Shown piece by piece: positions 30,068-39,974 of a DNA stretch of 64,000 bases. The notes below the pieces were generated by a model. It did no database searches. It was not told the origin of the DNA and saw only the letters and a list, made by a program, of their open reading frames with translations. Position 1 is the first letter of the stretch. Every line of letters starts with the position of its first letter. The position numbers and the translations under genes are program-made. The stretch spans positions 96,001 to 160,000 of the forward strand of contig CAZVZU010000002.1 in NCBI GenBank assembly GCA_964631685.1, written 5' to 3'. Source of the stretch: an uncultured Actinomycetes bacterium. GTDB lineage: Bacteria > SZUA-79 > Acidulodesulfobacterales > Acidulodesulfobacteraceae.

Positions 30068-31039
30068 CTAATTGCTGACAAGCGAAAACTTTCCTAATTC
30101 TTTCAACATAGGAATAGAATTAACAGACAAAGAATTAACCTTTCTATCTATTCTTTTTATCAAGGAACCCAAAACATTAGATGGTCCAATCTCGACAAAA
30201 ACAGAGATATTGAATAATTTTTTCATGTTAAGAACAGATTCGTTCCACCTTACGGGGGACACTATTTGTTCTAAGAGATATTTAACAACATCATTTTTTT
30301 TAGAATAATTCAGGGACGATGCATTTGAAAATATTTCATAACTAGCATTAGAAAACCAATCTTCTTGGAAATAGTCTTTCAAACTAACCTTGGCATCTTC
30401 CATGAAAGGTGTATGAAATGGGGCGCTTACGGGTAAAACGACAACCCTTTTAGCCCCACGTTCCTTAAAAATTTCACATGCCCTGTCAATAGACGAGGAC
30501 TTTCCGGATATAACGGTCTGAATAGGAGAATTAAAATTTGCGGCAAACACATTGTCGTGCTTATCCTGGCCATTTATTTCTTTGATTAAGGATACTACCG
30601 CATCCTCGTTAATCCCGATTATTGCCGCCATCTTGCCGAAACCAGGAGGGCATGCATTCTGCATTAAGATTCCCCTTTTCCTAGTAATTAAAAGGGCATG
30701 CGGAAAGTCTAACGAGCCTGCAAAAACATTAGCGCTATACTCACCAAGGCTATGCCCTGAAACACAAACGGGATTGATATTGTATTCCTTCTGCATCACT
30801 TTAAGAATAGCAATGCTGACGGTTAAAAGTGCAGGCTGAGTATTCTCTGTTAGGTTAAGCAGTCCTTCATCATCCCCTAGAATTAACTTTTTCATATCTA
30901 TACCTAGGATGTCCGAAGACTCTTCCATAACGAGCCTTGCTTCGCCAAAATTATCGAAGATATCTTTCCCCATACCTATGTGCTGAGATCCCTGCCCCGG
31001 AAAGATAAACGCAACATTTGAATCTATTATTTTTTCCAT
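30068..31039 (-). CDS. fabD: Malonyl-CoA:ACP transacylase
   Basis: FPGQGSQ, GHSLGEY, SAPFH. Confidence 0.96.
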   Translation of the reverse strand: MEKIIDSNVAFIFPGQGSQHIGMGKDIFDNFGEARLVMEESSDILGIDMKKLILGDDEGLLNLTENTQPALLTVSIAILKVMQKEYNINPVCVSGHSLGEYSANVFAGSLDFPHALLITRKRGILMQNACPPGFGKMAAIIGINEDAVVSLIKEINGQDKHDNVFAANFNSPIQTVISGKSSSIDRACEIFKERGAKRVVVLPVSAPFHTPFMEDAKVSLKDYFQEDWFSNASYEIFSNASSLNYSKKNDVVKYLLEQIVSPVRWNESVLNMKKLFNISVFVEIGPSNVLGSLIKRIDRKVNSLSVNSIPMLKELGKFSLVSN

Positions 31040-31063
31040 TTAAACCTTTCTATTTTTACTATG

Positions 31064-32017
31064 TTACGTATTAGAAGATACAAACTTAGGCATATTGTTA
31101 ATAAAATCTTCGGTCTTTGAGACCATCTCTACTATTACCTCTTTTACAGTTTTTTCCTCTTTTATGAGACCGGCAATCTGACCGCTCATAAAAGAGCCTG
31201 TTTCAGTATTTCCATCCACCGAAGCGGCTTTTAATCTTCCAACGCCAAGCTTCTCATATTCAGAAACGGGTGAACATTTACCCTCTAATTCTATAAACAT
31301 TTTAGCGAGTCTGTTTTTTAAAACCCTAACGGGATGTCCCGTCGGCCTTCCCGTAACAACAGTATCTCTATCAGATGCTTTTATTACCATAGCCTTCCAG
31401 TTTTGATGCACACAACACTCTTTAGTTGCAAGAAATCTCGTTCCCATCTGGATACCACTTGCACCTAAACACAAAGCGGCTGCAAACCCTCTATAATCAG
31501 CAATACCACCCGCCGCTACGACGGGAATCCCTACATTATCAACTACCTGCGGAACAATTGCCATAGTAGTAATCTCTCCAATATGCCCCCCGGATTCAGT
31601 ACCCTCGGCAATCAAGGCATCCGCCCCTGCCTTCTCCATCCTTTTCGCCAATGCCACCGACGGTATAACAGGTATCACCTTTATACCCGCATCGTGAAAT
31701 CTTTTTATGTAATGTCCGGCATTACCGGCGCCCGTAGTGACAACCGGGACACCCTCTTGTATAACAGCATCTACAAGCTCGTCAATATAATCTAAATATA
31801 ATATAAGATTTACACCAAAAGGCTTATCGGTATTTTCCTTAGCCTTTCTAATTTCTTGCACAAGTAATTCAGGCGGCATCTGTCCTGCGCCTATTATGCC
31901 TAAACCGCCAGCATTAGAAACTGCGCTTGCAAGAACATAATTAGATGCCCACGCCATTCCACCCTGAAAAATGGGATACTTTATCCCAAGTTTGTCACAA
32001 ATTAGAGACTTTATCAT
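31064..32017 (-). CDS. fabK: Enoyl-ACP reductase II (FMN-dependent)
   Basis: QGGMAW, EG.ESGGHIG, AAGGI, MGTRF; within the fab operon. Confidence 0.9.
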   Translation of the reverse strand: MIKSLICDKLGIKYPIFQGGMAWASNYVLASAVSNAGGLGIIGAGQMPPELLVQEIRKAKENTDKPFGVNLILYLDYIDELVDAVIQEGVPVVTTGAGNAGHYIKRFHDAGIKVIPVIPSVALAKRMEKAGADALIAEGTESGGHIGEITTMAIVPQVVDNVGIPVVAAGGIADYRGFAAALCLGASGIQMGTRFLATKECCVHQNWKAMVIKASDRDTVVTGRPTGHPVRVLKNRLAKMFIELEGKCSPVSEYEKLGVGRLKAASVDGNTETGSFMSGQIAGLIKEEKTVKEVIVEMVSKTEDFINNMPKFVSSNT

Positions 32018-32064
32018 TTTATCCTTTCACCCTTAAAATTGTCAATTGCATAATCATAATAATG

Positions 32065-33048
32065 TCACCATCTTATTATGGAAGATGCCCAGGTCAAGCC
32101 GGCACCGATAGCGTCTACTAATACCAAATCCCCTTCTTTTATGCGACCCAAAGCATGCGCTTCATCAAGAGCGATAGGAATCGAAGCGCTTGAAGTATTT
32201 CCGTATTTTTCCACATTCACAAAAACCTTCTCCATTGGGAAATTCAATTTTTTAGCCGTGGCTGTTATTATCCTGATATTCGCTTGATGAGGAACAAATA
32301 AATCAATATCCTCAGGCCTTAAATTATTAAATTTTATAGCTTCCTCTGCAACATCTTTTAAATACTTTACTGCATATTTAAAAAGTTCGGAACCCTTCAT
32401 TTTTATGCAGTGGTCCATATTGTCAACCGTCTTCGCACTCGCTGGCATCAAAGAACCACCCGCGGGAAGCTTGAGTATATTATTGTGCCCCCCTTCCGAA
32501 TGTAGATGCGTTGATAAAATACCCCTCTCGTCTTGGGTATTTGCAGATAATACAACCGCTCCGCCACCATCGCCAAATAATACACATGTCGATCTATCCG
32601 TATAATCAGTAATTCTTGAAAGTAAATCAACGCCAATAACTAATACATTCTTATAATGTCCTGATTTAATAAAGCTATCGGCAATAGATAAAGAATAAAT
32701 AAATCCGCTGCATCCGGCGCTCACATCGAAAGCCGCTGCATTCTTTAAGCCCAATTTTTCTTGAACCATGCAGGCTGTAGACGGAAACATCATATCGGGC
32801 GTAATCGTTCCTACTATAATAAACTCTATATCCAGCGGATTCCTGCCCGATAGCTCAATCGCCTTTCTTGCAGCATTAGCGGCTATATCCGATGTTGTTA
32901 AGCCGTCTTCGGCTATTCGCCTTTCTCTTATGCCGGTTCTTGAAAAAATCCATTCGTCCGACGTATCAACAATATCGCAAAGCCTACTATTTGTGAGCAC
33001 TTTATCCGGAACATATGAACCGATTCCGGTAATTTGGGAGTATATCAA
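32065..33048 (-). CDS. fabH: 3-oxoacyl-ACP synthase III
   Basis: RTGI.ERR, AGCSGF, PHQAN, YGNTS. Confidence 0.96.
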   Translation of the reverse strand: MIYSQITGIGSYVPDKVLTNSRLCDIVDTSDEWIFSRTGIRERRIAEDGLTTSDIAANAARKAIELSGRNPLDIEFIIVGTITPDMMFPSTACMVQEKLGLKNAAAFDVSAGCSGFIYSLSIADSFIKSGHYKNVLVIGVDLLSRITDYTDRSTCVLFGDGGGAVVLSANTQDERGILSTHLHSEGGHNNILKLPAGGSLMPASAKTVDNMDHCIKMKGSELFKYAVKYLKDVAEEAIKFNNLRPEDIDLFVPHQANIRIITATAKKLNFPMEKVFVNVEKYGNTSSASIPIALDEAHALGRIKEGDLVLVDAIGAGLTWASSIIRW

Positions 33049-33098
33049 CTTTTTAAACCTTCGCTATTGAATTTTATTTTTTGTGTTTTTATATAAAT

Positions 33099-34118
33099 TT
33101 AAGACGGACAACAATTTCCGGCGTTAGCCTCTATTTTGCGACTTATATTTAAAATTATCCTCTTTTCAACAAAGTGTTTAGCGACAGATATAGCACTTGC
33201 AATAGCCTTTCCGCTAGCCCCACCATGAGCGATAAATGCAGCCCCATTAACCCCGAGAAGCGGCGCCCCGCCATATTCATTGTGGTCAACGAGCTTCTTG
33301 AATTTTTTTAATGATTTTCTGGCCATAAAAAAACCTATTTTTGCCTTAAGGCTTTTATTTACTTCATCCCTGAGCAAATTAAATATCGTTTCCGCTAATG
33401 ACTCCGATGCCTTCAGGATAACATTGCCAGTAAATCCGTCGCAAGCTACCACATCCACCTTTCCGTTAAAAATTTCCCTGCCTTCAACATACCCGCAAAA
33501 ATTTAAATCCATATCCTTTATAAGTTTATACGTCTCACGTGTGAGATCGTTACCCTTGGTCTCTTCCTCGCCATTGCTCAATATGCCGACCCTTGGATCT
33601 TTTACGCCTTTCATGAAGGCAGCATACTCGGCGCCCATTATTGCAAATTGGGCAAGATGATAAGGCTTGACATCAACATTTGCCCCGGCATCTATCAAAA
33701 CAGTATAACCGCCTATAGCCGGCATAACCGTAGCTATAGCCGGCCTATCTATTCCCTTGATACGCTTAAAAACAATCATAGCTATGGCTAAGGATGCCCC
33801 ACTATTACCGGCGCTGATAACGGCATCCGCTTCTTCATTTTTTACAAGCTCGTAGGCAACACGCAAAGAAGAATTTTTTTTATTCCTCACTATAAAAGAA
33901 GGAGAATCTTTCATTGTAATTCGTTCCGGAGCGTGTCTTATGCTAATTCTCGACGGCACAGCGCGTCCCTTTTTCCTAAAAGCGTTATTTAACGCGGCCT
34001 CGTCACCCGTCAGTACTATCTCTAATTCACTATCGGAATCAACGGCAGCCATTGCCCCTAAAATCTCCGACTCTGGCGCATTGTCCGAACCAAAAGCGTC
34101 CAGAGCTATTCTAATCAT
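33099..34118 (-). CDS. plsX: Phosphate acyltransferase
   Basis: SAGNSGA, DAGAN, G.EE.KG, DGFTGN..LK, YGGAPLLG. Confidence 0.96.
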   Translation of the reverse strand: MIRIALDAFGSDNAPESEILGAMAAVDSDSELEIVLTGDEAALNNAFRKKGRAVPSRISIRHAPERITMKDSPSFIVRNKKNSSLRVAYELVKNEEADAVISAGNSGASLAIAMIVFKRIKGIDRPAIATVMPAIGGYTVLIDAGANVDVKPYHLAQFAIMGAEYAAFMKGVKDPRVGILSNGEEETKGNDLTRETYKLIKDMDLNFCGYVEGREIFNGKVDVVACDGFTGNVILKASESLAETIFNLLRDEVNKSLKAKIGFFMARKSLKKFKKLVDHNEYGGAPLLGVNGAAFIAHGGASGKAIASAISVAKHFVEKRIILNISRKIEANAGNCCPS

Positions 34119-34174
34119 TTGTTATTTCCCCATTTGGAGATAAAAATTCTACATCCATCGATTATTAGGTATTA

Positions 34175-34363
34175 TTAAGTTTTTGATTCTGGCGCACTTA
34201 CTATAACCCTTCCGTTGTAGGTCTTACAATTACCACACATTCTATGGGAAAGGACGGGCTCTCCACAATTTGGGCACTTTGAATAATTTGCCGCCTCAAG
34301 ATTATCGTGAGTTCTCCTTTTATCTCTCCTGCACCTTGAATGTCTCTTTTTTGGATTTGCCAT
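34175..34363 (-). CDS. rpmF: 50S ribosomal protein L32 (Zn-binding form)
   Basis: MA.PKKR.S..RRDKRR.H, CPNC..HR.C..C. Confidence 0.96.
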   Translation of the reverse strand: MANPKKRHSRCRRDKRRTHDNLEAANYSKCPNCGEPVLSHRMCGNCKTYNGRVIVSAPESKT

Positions 34364-34445
34364 ATAAACTCCTTAATTATTCTTTATATAAATTAATATG
34401 TTAACAACTATAAAAAATTGAATCTAATATATAAAAGCACTTGAT

Positions 34446-34474
34446 ATACTATTAAGAAAATATTAAAAAGTCAA
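34446..34474 (-). promoter_or_regulatory. Sigma70-type promoter of rpmF-plsX-fab
   Basis: TTGACT (34474-34469), 17 nt, TAGTAT (34451-34446). Confidence 0.6.
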
Positions 34475-34477
34475 TGT

Positions 34478-36997
34478 TCATTTTTCTATCTGTATAAATA
34501 TGTCGTCATTCTCAGTTTTGAAATCAGCTTCATCGGAAAATACAATCCTTTTGGCCCTAACGGCTGACTTAATATCATCGCCTATGTTATTCAGGACATC
34601 AATATAGTTAGCGTTTAATGTTTTAATTAAAAGTTTACTGATTTTATGATTCTGATGAAGACTTAAACCGGTTCTTAATTTCCTTGAAGCATTAAGGATT
34701 TTTAATAAGATATTGACGACTTTTACCGAGTCATTGTTCGTCAACTCTTCTCTGTAATCAGGCCAATGCGACAGATGGATACTCCTATCTTTCTCAAAAT
34801 TTTTATAAAATGATAAATATAACTCTTCGGTAATGAAGGGGAAAAACGGAGCGAATATCTTTATCATATTAAACGAAACAAAATACATAACATTCAATGC
34901 CTTATTTTTTCTGTCAATATTTTCTTTTTCCTCATCCCAGAAGACATTTTTTATAATCTCAAGATAGTTATCGCAATATATGTTATAAAAGAAATCTATA
35001 ATCGTCCTTAAAGCCGGTGAATAATCGCAGGACTGCATATAGCCTTCGCATGTCTTTAATGTATTTTCAAACTCCGTAATTACCCACCTATCAATCTCAC
35101 CCAATTCATATTTTAGTATATCTTCCCTATGAGGATTAAATCCATCATCAACATTTGTAATTAGAAACCTTACAGCATTCCATAATTTAACCAAAAGCCT
35201 TCTGCCGTTAATAACATCCTCTTCGCTAAACCTTAAATCTTGACCAAGACTGGCTTTTGTTGCCCAATATCTGAGAGCATCTGCTGAATATCTATCTATT
35301 ATGTCTTCCGGTTTAACAAAATTACCTAAACTTTTAGACATTTTTTTACCATGCTTATCGAGTCCCCAGCCACTTATCATGACATTTTTAAATGGAATGT
35401 CATCGGTATGATAAACAGATTTTACAACACTATAAAATAACCAAGTACGGATAATCTCCTGCGCTTGCGGTCGTAAATCCATTGGATAAATTTTATCTAT
35501 AAGCTTTTTTTCGTGCAAAGTGCTATTATCACATCCCCACCCAGCATTAATCAACGGGGTCATTGAGGATGTCATCCATGTATCCATAACGTCCGTTTCC
35601 GGCCTAAATTCCCCGCACCCACACTTAGGACAGGATGTCAAATTAGGACCTGCCACTGAAGGATCTACCGGTAATTCATCCTCTTTTGCAAGAATCACTT
35701 CGCCGCAAGCGGTGCAATGCCAAACAGGAAAGGGTACACCATAAAATCTTTGCCTAGATATATTCCAATCCCATTTTAAGTTATTGACCCACTCGGTATA
35801 CCTCGGCTTCATAAAATCCGGATACCACTTTATTTTATCTGAAGCCTCCAAAAACTTATCCTTATAATCTAAAATCTTAACAAACCATTGGAGTTCGCGA
35901 ATAAATTCCACGGGCGTTTCGCACCTGTCATGAACACCAACATTATGCGTCAGCGATCTTTCTCCTTTTACAAGCGATCGCTTTTTAAGGTCATCTACTA
36001 TTGCTTTCCTAGCATCTTTTACGTTTAATCCGTCATAAGCTCCAGAAATATCATTTAGCCTTCCGGCTTTATTTACAATAATAACCGTATCAAGCTTATG
36101 TTCTTTCCATTTTTTTACGTCTTCGGCATCACCCCATGTACAAACCATCATTAAGCCAGTTCCAAAATCCATATCCACAGAGTCGTCATATAGAACAGGA
36201 ACATCCTTGCCATATAACGGCGTCTTTACGCTTTGCCCGATCAAAAATTTATACCTATCGTCCAATGGATTTGCATAAATAGCAACGCACGCCCCTAATA
36301 GTTCTGGGCGCGTTGTCGATATTACAAGTATCTTTTCATCATTGCATGACGACTTTAATTCTATATCGTACAAAATACCGTCAAATTCTTCCATAACGAT
36401 ATCCGCTTGGGCAAGCGACGTCCTACACCGGGGACACCATAAAATAGGTTCATTCCGTCTTTCTATCAAATTTTTGCGATAAAGATCAATGAATGACCTT
36501 TGAGATGTTTTCCTGCATTTCTCATCTATAGTGGAGTAAGACAGTTTATAGTCGACACTTATACCTATAGACTTCCATAAAGACTTATATGTCTCAGCGC
36601 CGAGCTTTGTCTCTCTCAGACATAAATCTATGAACTCTTCCCTTGTTATCTTCGACTTTTTTATTTTGTATTTTTTTTCGACATAACGCTCTGTTGGAAG
36701 ACCGTTATCGTCGAAACCCATAGGATAAAAAACATTAAATCCCTTCATTCTTTTGTATCTAACAATAAATTCGGCCTGGGAGTAGCTCATTACGTGCCCA
36801 ACATGAAGGTGTGCGGACGACACATATGGCGGAGGGGTATCAACTGAAAAAATCTCTTTTTCGTCATCATCAAAATTAAAACCGTAAATGTCGTTGTCTT
36901 CCCAATACTGCGCTATCTTTTTTTCAACCGCTGGATAATCGTAATTTTTAGGAAAATCCTTAAACTTGGCGTTAAAATATTCTTTAGTATTTTGCAT
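34478..36997 (-). CDS. valS: Valyl-tRNA synthetase, archaeal-type
   Basis: DTPPP...HVGH, DDNGLPTE, W.ISRQR, DTW..SS, QAQEIIRTW, KMSKS; no C-terminal coiled coil. Confidence 0.93.
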   Translation of the reverse strand: MQNTKEYFNAKFKDFPKNYDYPAVEKKIAQYWEDNDIYGFNFDDDEKEIFSVDTPPPYVSSAHLHVGHVMSYSQAEFIVRYKRMKGFNVFYPMGFDDNGLPTERYVEKKYKIKKSKITREEFIDLCLRETKLGAETYKSLWKSIGISVDYKLSYSTIDEKCRKTSQRSFIDLYRKNLIERRNEPILWCPRCRTSLAQADIVMEEFDGILYDIELKSSCNDEKILVISTTRPELLGACVAIYANPLDDRYKFLIGQSVKTPLYGKDVPVLYDDSVDMDFGTGLMMVCTWGDAEDVKKWKEHKLDTVIIVNKAGRLNDISGAYDGLNVKDARKAIVDDLKKRSLVKGERSLTHNVGVHDRCETPVEFIRELQWFVKILDYKDKFLEASDKIKWYPDFMKPRYTEWVNNLKWDWNISRQRFYGVPFPVWHCTACGEVILAKEDELPVDPSVAGPNLTSCPKCGCGEFRPETDVMDTWMTSSMTPLINAGWGCDNSTLHEKKLIDKIYPMDLRPQAQEIIRTWLFYSVVKSVYHTDDIPFKNVMISGWGLDKHGKKMSKSLGNFVKPEDIIDRYSADALRYWATKASLGQDLRFSEEDVINGRRLLVKLWNAVRFLITNVDDGFNPHREDILKYELGEIDRWVITEFENTLKTCEGYMQSCDYSPALRTIIDFFYNIYCDNYLEIIKNVFWDEEKENIDRKNKALNVMYFVSFNMIKIFAPFFPFITEELYLSFYKNFEKDRSIHLSHWPDYREELTNNDSVKVVNILLKILNASRKLRTGLSLHQNHKISKLLIKTLNANYIDVLNNIGDDIKSAVRAKRIVFSDEADFKTENDDIFIQIEK

Positions 36998-37006
36998 AGA
37001 TTGGTA

Positions 37007-37073
37007 ATTTTATCAATTTTTTTTATAAAAATCAATCTTTGTTTGCAAACCTTGCATTGTTATATGTTATAAT
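37007..37073. promoter_or_regulatory. Divergent promoters of valS (-) and dnaX (+)
   Basis: Minus: TTGATT (37035-37030), 17 nt, TGaTAAAAT (37012-37007). Plus: extended -10 TGtTATAAT (37068-37073). Confidence 0.6.
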
Positions 37074-37082
37074 AAATATGAT

Positions 37083-38603
37083 ATGTATCAAGTGCTAGCC
37101 AGAAAATATAGACCAAAAATTTTTGATGAAATAGCAGGCCAGGATGTTATCGTCCAAACGCTCAAAAATGCCGTTATTCATGGTAGAATTGCCCATGCAT
37201 ACATATTCTCGGGTACAAGGGGCGTCGGCAAAACATCCATCGCAAGAATATTGGCAAAATCTGTTAATTGCGTAAATGGTCCCACCGTGAACCCGTGTGG
37301 CGTTTGCTCTGCTTGCATCCAGATTCAAAACGGCAATTCAGTGGATGTAGTGGAAATCGACGGAGCATCTAACACTGGTGTAGATTCTATAAGAGATTTA
37401 AAGGAAAATATAATATATCTACCCCAAAGCCTGAAATATAAAATCTATATTATAGACGAGGTTCACATGCTTTCAAATAGTGCCTTTAATGCACTATTAA
37501 AGACGCTTGAAGAGCCTCCCGCACATGCTAAATTTATCTTCGCAACAACCGAACTACACAAGGTTCCCGAAACCATTCTGTCAAGATGCCAAAGGTTTAA
37601 TTTTAAGAGAATACCTATTAATATAATCTATAACGAATTGAAAAAAATTTCCAGTGCCGAGAATATTTCAGTTTCTGATGAAAATTTAATGATCATAGCA
37701 TCTTTAGGCGATGGTTCAATAAGAGATTCTCTCTCAACCTTTGACACCGTTATATCTTATTTCGGCAAAGATATAGGAGAGGATGTATCCCGCTTTCTTG
37801 GATTAACTCTTAAAACAACAATTCTAAATCTTACACACGCAATTTTCAAAAAAGATTATGAAAGCGCTATCAAATTGGGAAGAGAAATATATGACTCGGG
37901 AACAGATATACGGCAATTCGCAAAACAATTTGCACTATCTATAAGGAATATCCTGCTTGTAAAGTTTAAATACAAAGATTTAATCAATGATATGTCAAGT
38001 GAAGAAATAAACGATTTAATCCCTCTTGCCGAGCAAAAACAGCCCGAAGAGCTCCTTGATATGATGGACATATTGATTAATTCAGATGCTAAATATCAAA
38101 AAATATCATCTCCTTCGTTACTTTTTGAGCTTATACTATTTAGACTCATGAATATACCTGCAAAGCGTAGCGTTATGGAGCTTTTAGCCAAACTAGAAAA
38201 ATTTACAGATAATGTACATACACCAAATATTTTAGCAACCCCCGACAATGTCGGTCAATTTCATTCAAATAAGGCAGCTCAAATGTCGGTTTCTTCCGGT
38301 AACACAAGCATGCCTAAAAAAACACAAACACCACAAAAGGCTATACACCCCCCTCACTCGTCGTCACAGAATGTTGCCCAGATGGATATCCAAGCAAATA
38401 AACATGCCGTGAATACCCAAAATAAAGGCATACCCGCGGAATCAAACAAATTATTTAGCCACTTTGATGAAGTGGACGAAAAATTGACAGGCGATAACGA
38501 TGTGACTAAAAATAATGCAAAAATTAATGAAAACACTATTATTAACGGTATAAAAAACATCTTCGGAAAAGATATAAAAAGTATAGACGATACTCAAAAA
38601 TAG
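37083..38603 (+). CDS. dnaX: DNA polymerase III gamma/tau subunit
   Basis: LARKYRP, G.RGVGKT, C..C..C, IIDEVHML, LKTLEEPP, SRC. Confidence 0.97.
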   Translation: MYQVLARKYRPKIFDEIAGQDVIVQTLKNAVIHGRIAHAYIFSGTRGVGKTSIARILAKSVNCVNGPTVNPCGVCSACIQIQNGNSVDVVEIDGASNTGVDSIRDLKENIIYLPQSLKYKIYIIDEVHMLSNSAFNALLKTLEEPPAHAKFIFATTELHKVPETILSRCQRFNFKRIPINIIYNELKKISSAENISVSDENLMIIASLGDGSIRDSLSTFDTVISYFGKDIGEDVSRFLGLTLKTTILNLTHAIFKKDYESAIKLGREIYDSGTDIRQFAKQFALSIRNILLVKFKYKDLINDMSSEEINDLIPLAEQKQPEELLDMMDILINSDAKYQKISSPSLLFELILFRLMNIPAKRSVMELLAKLEKFTDNVHTPNILATPDNVGQFHSNKAAQMSVSSGNTSMPKKTQTPQKAIHPPHSSSQNVAQMDIQANKHAVNTQNKGIPAESNKLFSHFDEVDEKLTGDNDVTKNNAKINENTIINGIKNIFGKDIKSIDDTQK

Positions 38604-38703
38604 ACGATCCGATAGTTCGGATACATCTATTCACGGCCTGCTTGTAGAATTGAGTGTTATGCGAATGATATAGTCGCTCTTCGGGTATGTACATACATAG
38701 TGC

Positions 38704-38732
38704 TTGTTATTTTTTTCAAAAAATTATAGAAT
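38704..38732 (+). promoter_or_regulatory. Possible internal promoter for ybaB-recR
   Basis: TTGTTA (38704-38709), 17 nt, TAGAAT (38727-38732). Confidence 0.45.
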
Positions 38733-38772
38733 ACTGAAACATCATACAAATAAAAACTCGGGGGATATTAAA

Positions 38773-39087
38773 ATGGCCAAAAATGTGGCGGGTATGTTAA
38801 AACAGGCTCAAAGATTACAGTCAGATATGCTTAAAATGCAGGAAGAGCTCGGTTCGAAGATTATAGAATCAAGTTCCGGCGGGGGTATGGTTACGACAAA
38901 AGTGAACGGAAAACAAGAACTTGTTTCCATAGCAATAGACAGTGCCGTGGTTAATCCCGACGATATCGAGATGCTTCAAGATCTTATCGTTGCATCCATT
39001 AACGAGGCCCTAAATAAATCAAAAGATATGGTTACCAATGAGATGTCAAAATTAACCGGTGGACTCAATTTGCCTGGCCTTTTTTAA
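38773..39087 (+). CDS. ybaB: YbaB/EbfC nucleoid-associated protein (start revised to ATG 38773)
   Basis: KQAQ..Q, GGGMV, D.EMLQDLI.A..N.A; between dnaX and recR; GGGGA RBS. Confidence 0.93.
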   Translation: MAKNVAGMLKQAQRLQSDMLKMQEELGSKIIESSSGGGMVTTKVNGKQELVSIAIDSAVVNPDDIEMLQDLIVASINEALNKSKDMVTNEMSKLTGGLNLPGLF

Positions 39088-39107
39088 CCAATCAAATATA
39101 ATATCTT

Positions 39108-39734
39108 ATGTCGATGACCCATAACGAAGTCCTGCATAGCTCGTCCGATTACATTAGGGATATCGTGGCAGCATTCAAAAAACTCCCTGGTATTGGTGAA
39201 AGGTCCGCGCGAAGGCTTGCCTTTTATATATTATCCCAAAACGAGTCTGTAGCATACAACCTCGCGAACACGATAAAAGACGCAAAACAAAACATCCGAC
39301 TTTGCAAACATTGCTTTAATCTTAGTGGGGAAGAGCTTTGTCCTATATGTAAAAACTCACATAGAAACTCCAAATTGTTATGCATAGTGGAAAATCCGGA
39401 AATAATATATGTTTTCGAAAAAAGCGGCAACTTTAATGGATTTTACCACGTACTTCATGGCTTAATAAATCCATTGGAGGGAATAACGCCTTCTGACATA
39501 AAACTCAGAGAGCTGGTCGATAGGGTAAAAGATGGTGCATTTGAGGAAGTAATTCTTGCCTTAAACCCAAATTCAAACGGAGAAGCAACATCCATTTATA
39601 TACAAAAGATATTGTCTCCCTTCAATATACACATAACCGCTTTGGCGAGGGGAATACCTATAGGTTCAGACCTTGAATATGTTGACAAAAACACCCTTTC
39701 GGAAGCAATTAACTGCAGAAAAAATTTTGCATAA
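39108..39734 (+). CDS. recR: Recombination protein RecR
   Basis: LPGIG.RSA.RLA, C..C...C..C, YHVL.G, GE.T, G.P.G..LEY.D. Confidence 0.96.
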   Translation: MSMTHNEVLHSSSDYIRDIVAAFKKLPGIGERSARRLAFYILSQNESVAYNLANTIKDAKQNIRLCKHCFNLSGEELCPICKNSHRNSKLLCIVENPEIIYVFEKSGNFNGFYHVLHGLINPLEGITPSDIKLRELVDRVKDGAFEEVILALNPNSNGEATSIYIQKILSPFNIHITALARGIPIGSDLEYVDKNTLSEAINCRKNFA

Positions 39735-39869
39735 TCCAGATTGACTTGGAACATATATAATGCCAATGGGTGTTCAATGCGTGCTTTCCGGCGTTTTAAT
39801 CCTATACTGAATGTCCGTGCAATTAATGCTTTTTAAAGAAAAATTTAACGGGATGTGCCTATCATTAAT

Positions 39870-39898
39870 TTGACATATTGCTTAAAAATTCATATAAT
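39870..39898 (+). promoter_or_regulatory. Consensus sigma70 promoter of ffh-rpsP-rimM-trmD
   Basis: TTGACA (39870-39875), 17 nt, TATAAT (39893-39898). Confidence 0.85.
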
Positions 39899-39974
39899 GA
39901 CTGTTTTCATATCTTAATGTACGATATGAAAATACACTGCTGTTTTTGTACTAAAATTTTAAATTAAAATAAAA

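Noticed and set aside
38310..38330. A7 run in dnaX as a gamma/tau frameshift site
   Set aside because: The frame is CCT AAA AAA ACA, not a canonical X XXY YYZ heptamer; no clear stimulatory hairpin; A-runs are common in this AT-rich DNA
39741..39761. TTGACT...TATAAT after recR
   Set aside because: The spacer is only 9 nt, too short for a sigma70 promoter
39735..39870. Possible SRP RNA (ffs) near recR/ffh or dnaX
   Set aside because: The conserved SRP domain IV sequence (CAGG...GGAAG..AGCAG) was not found on either strand
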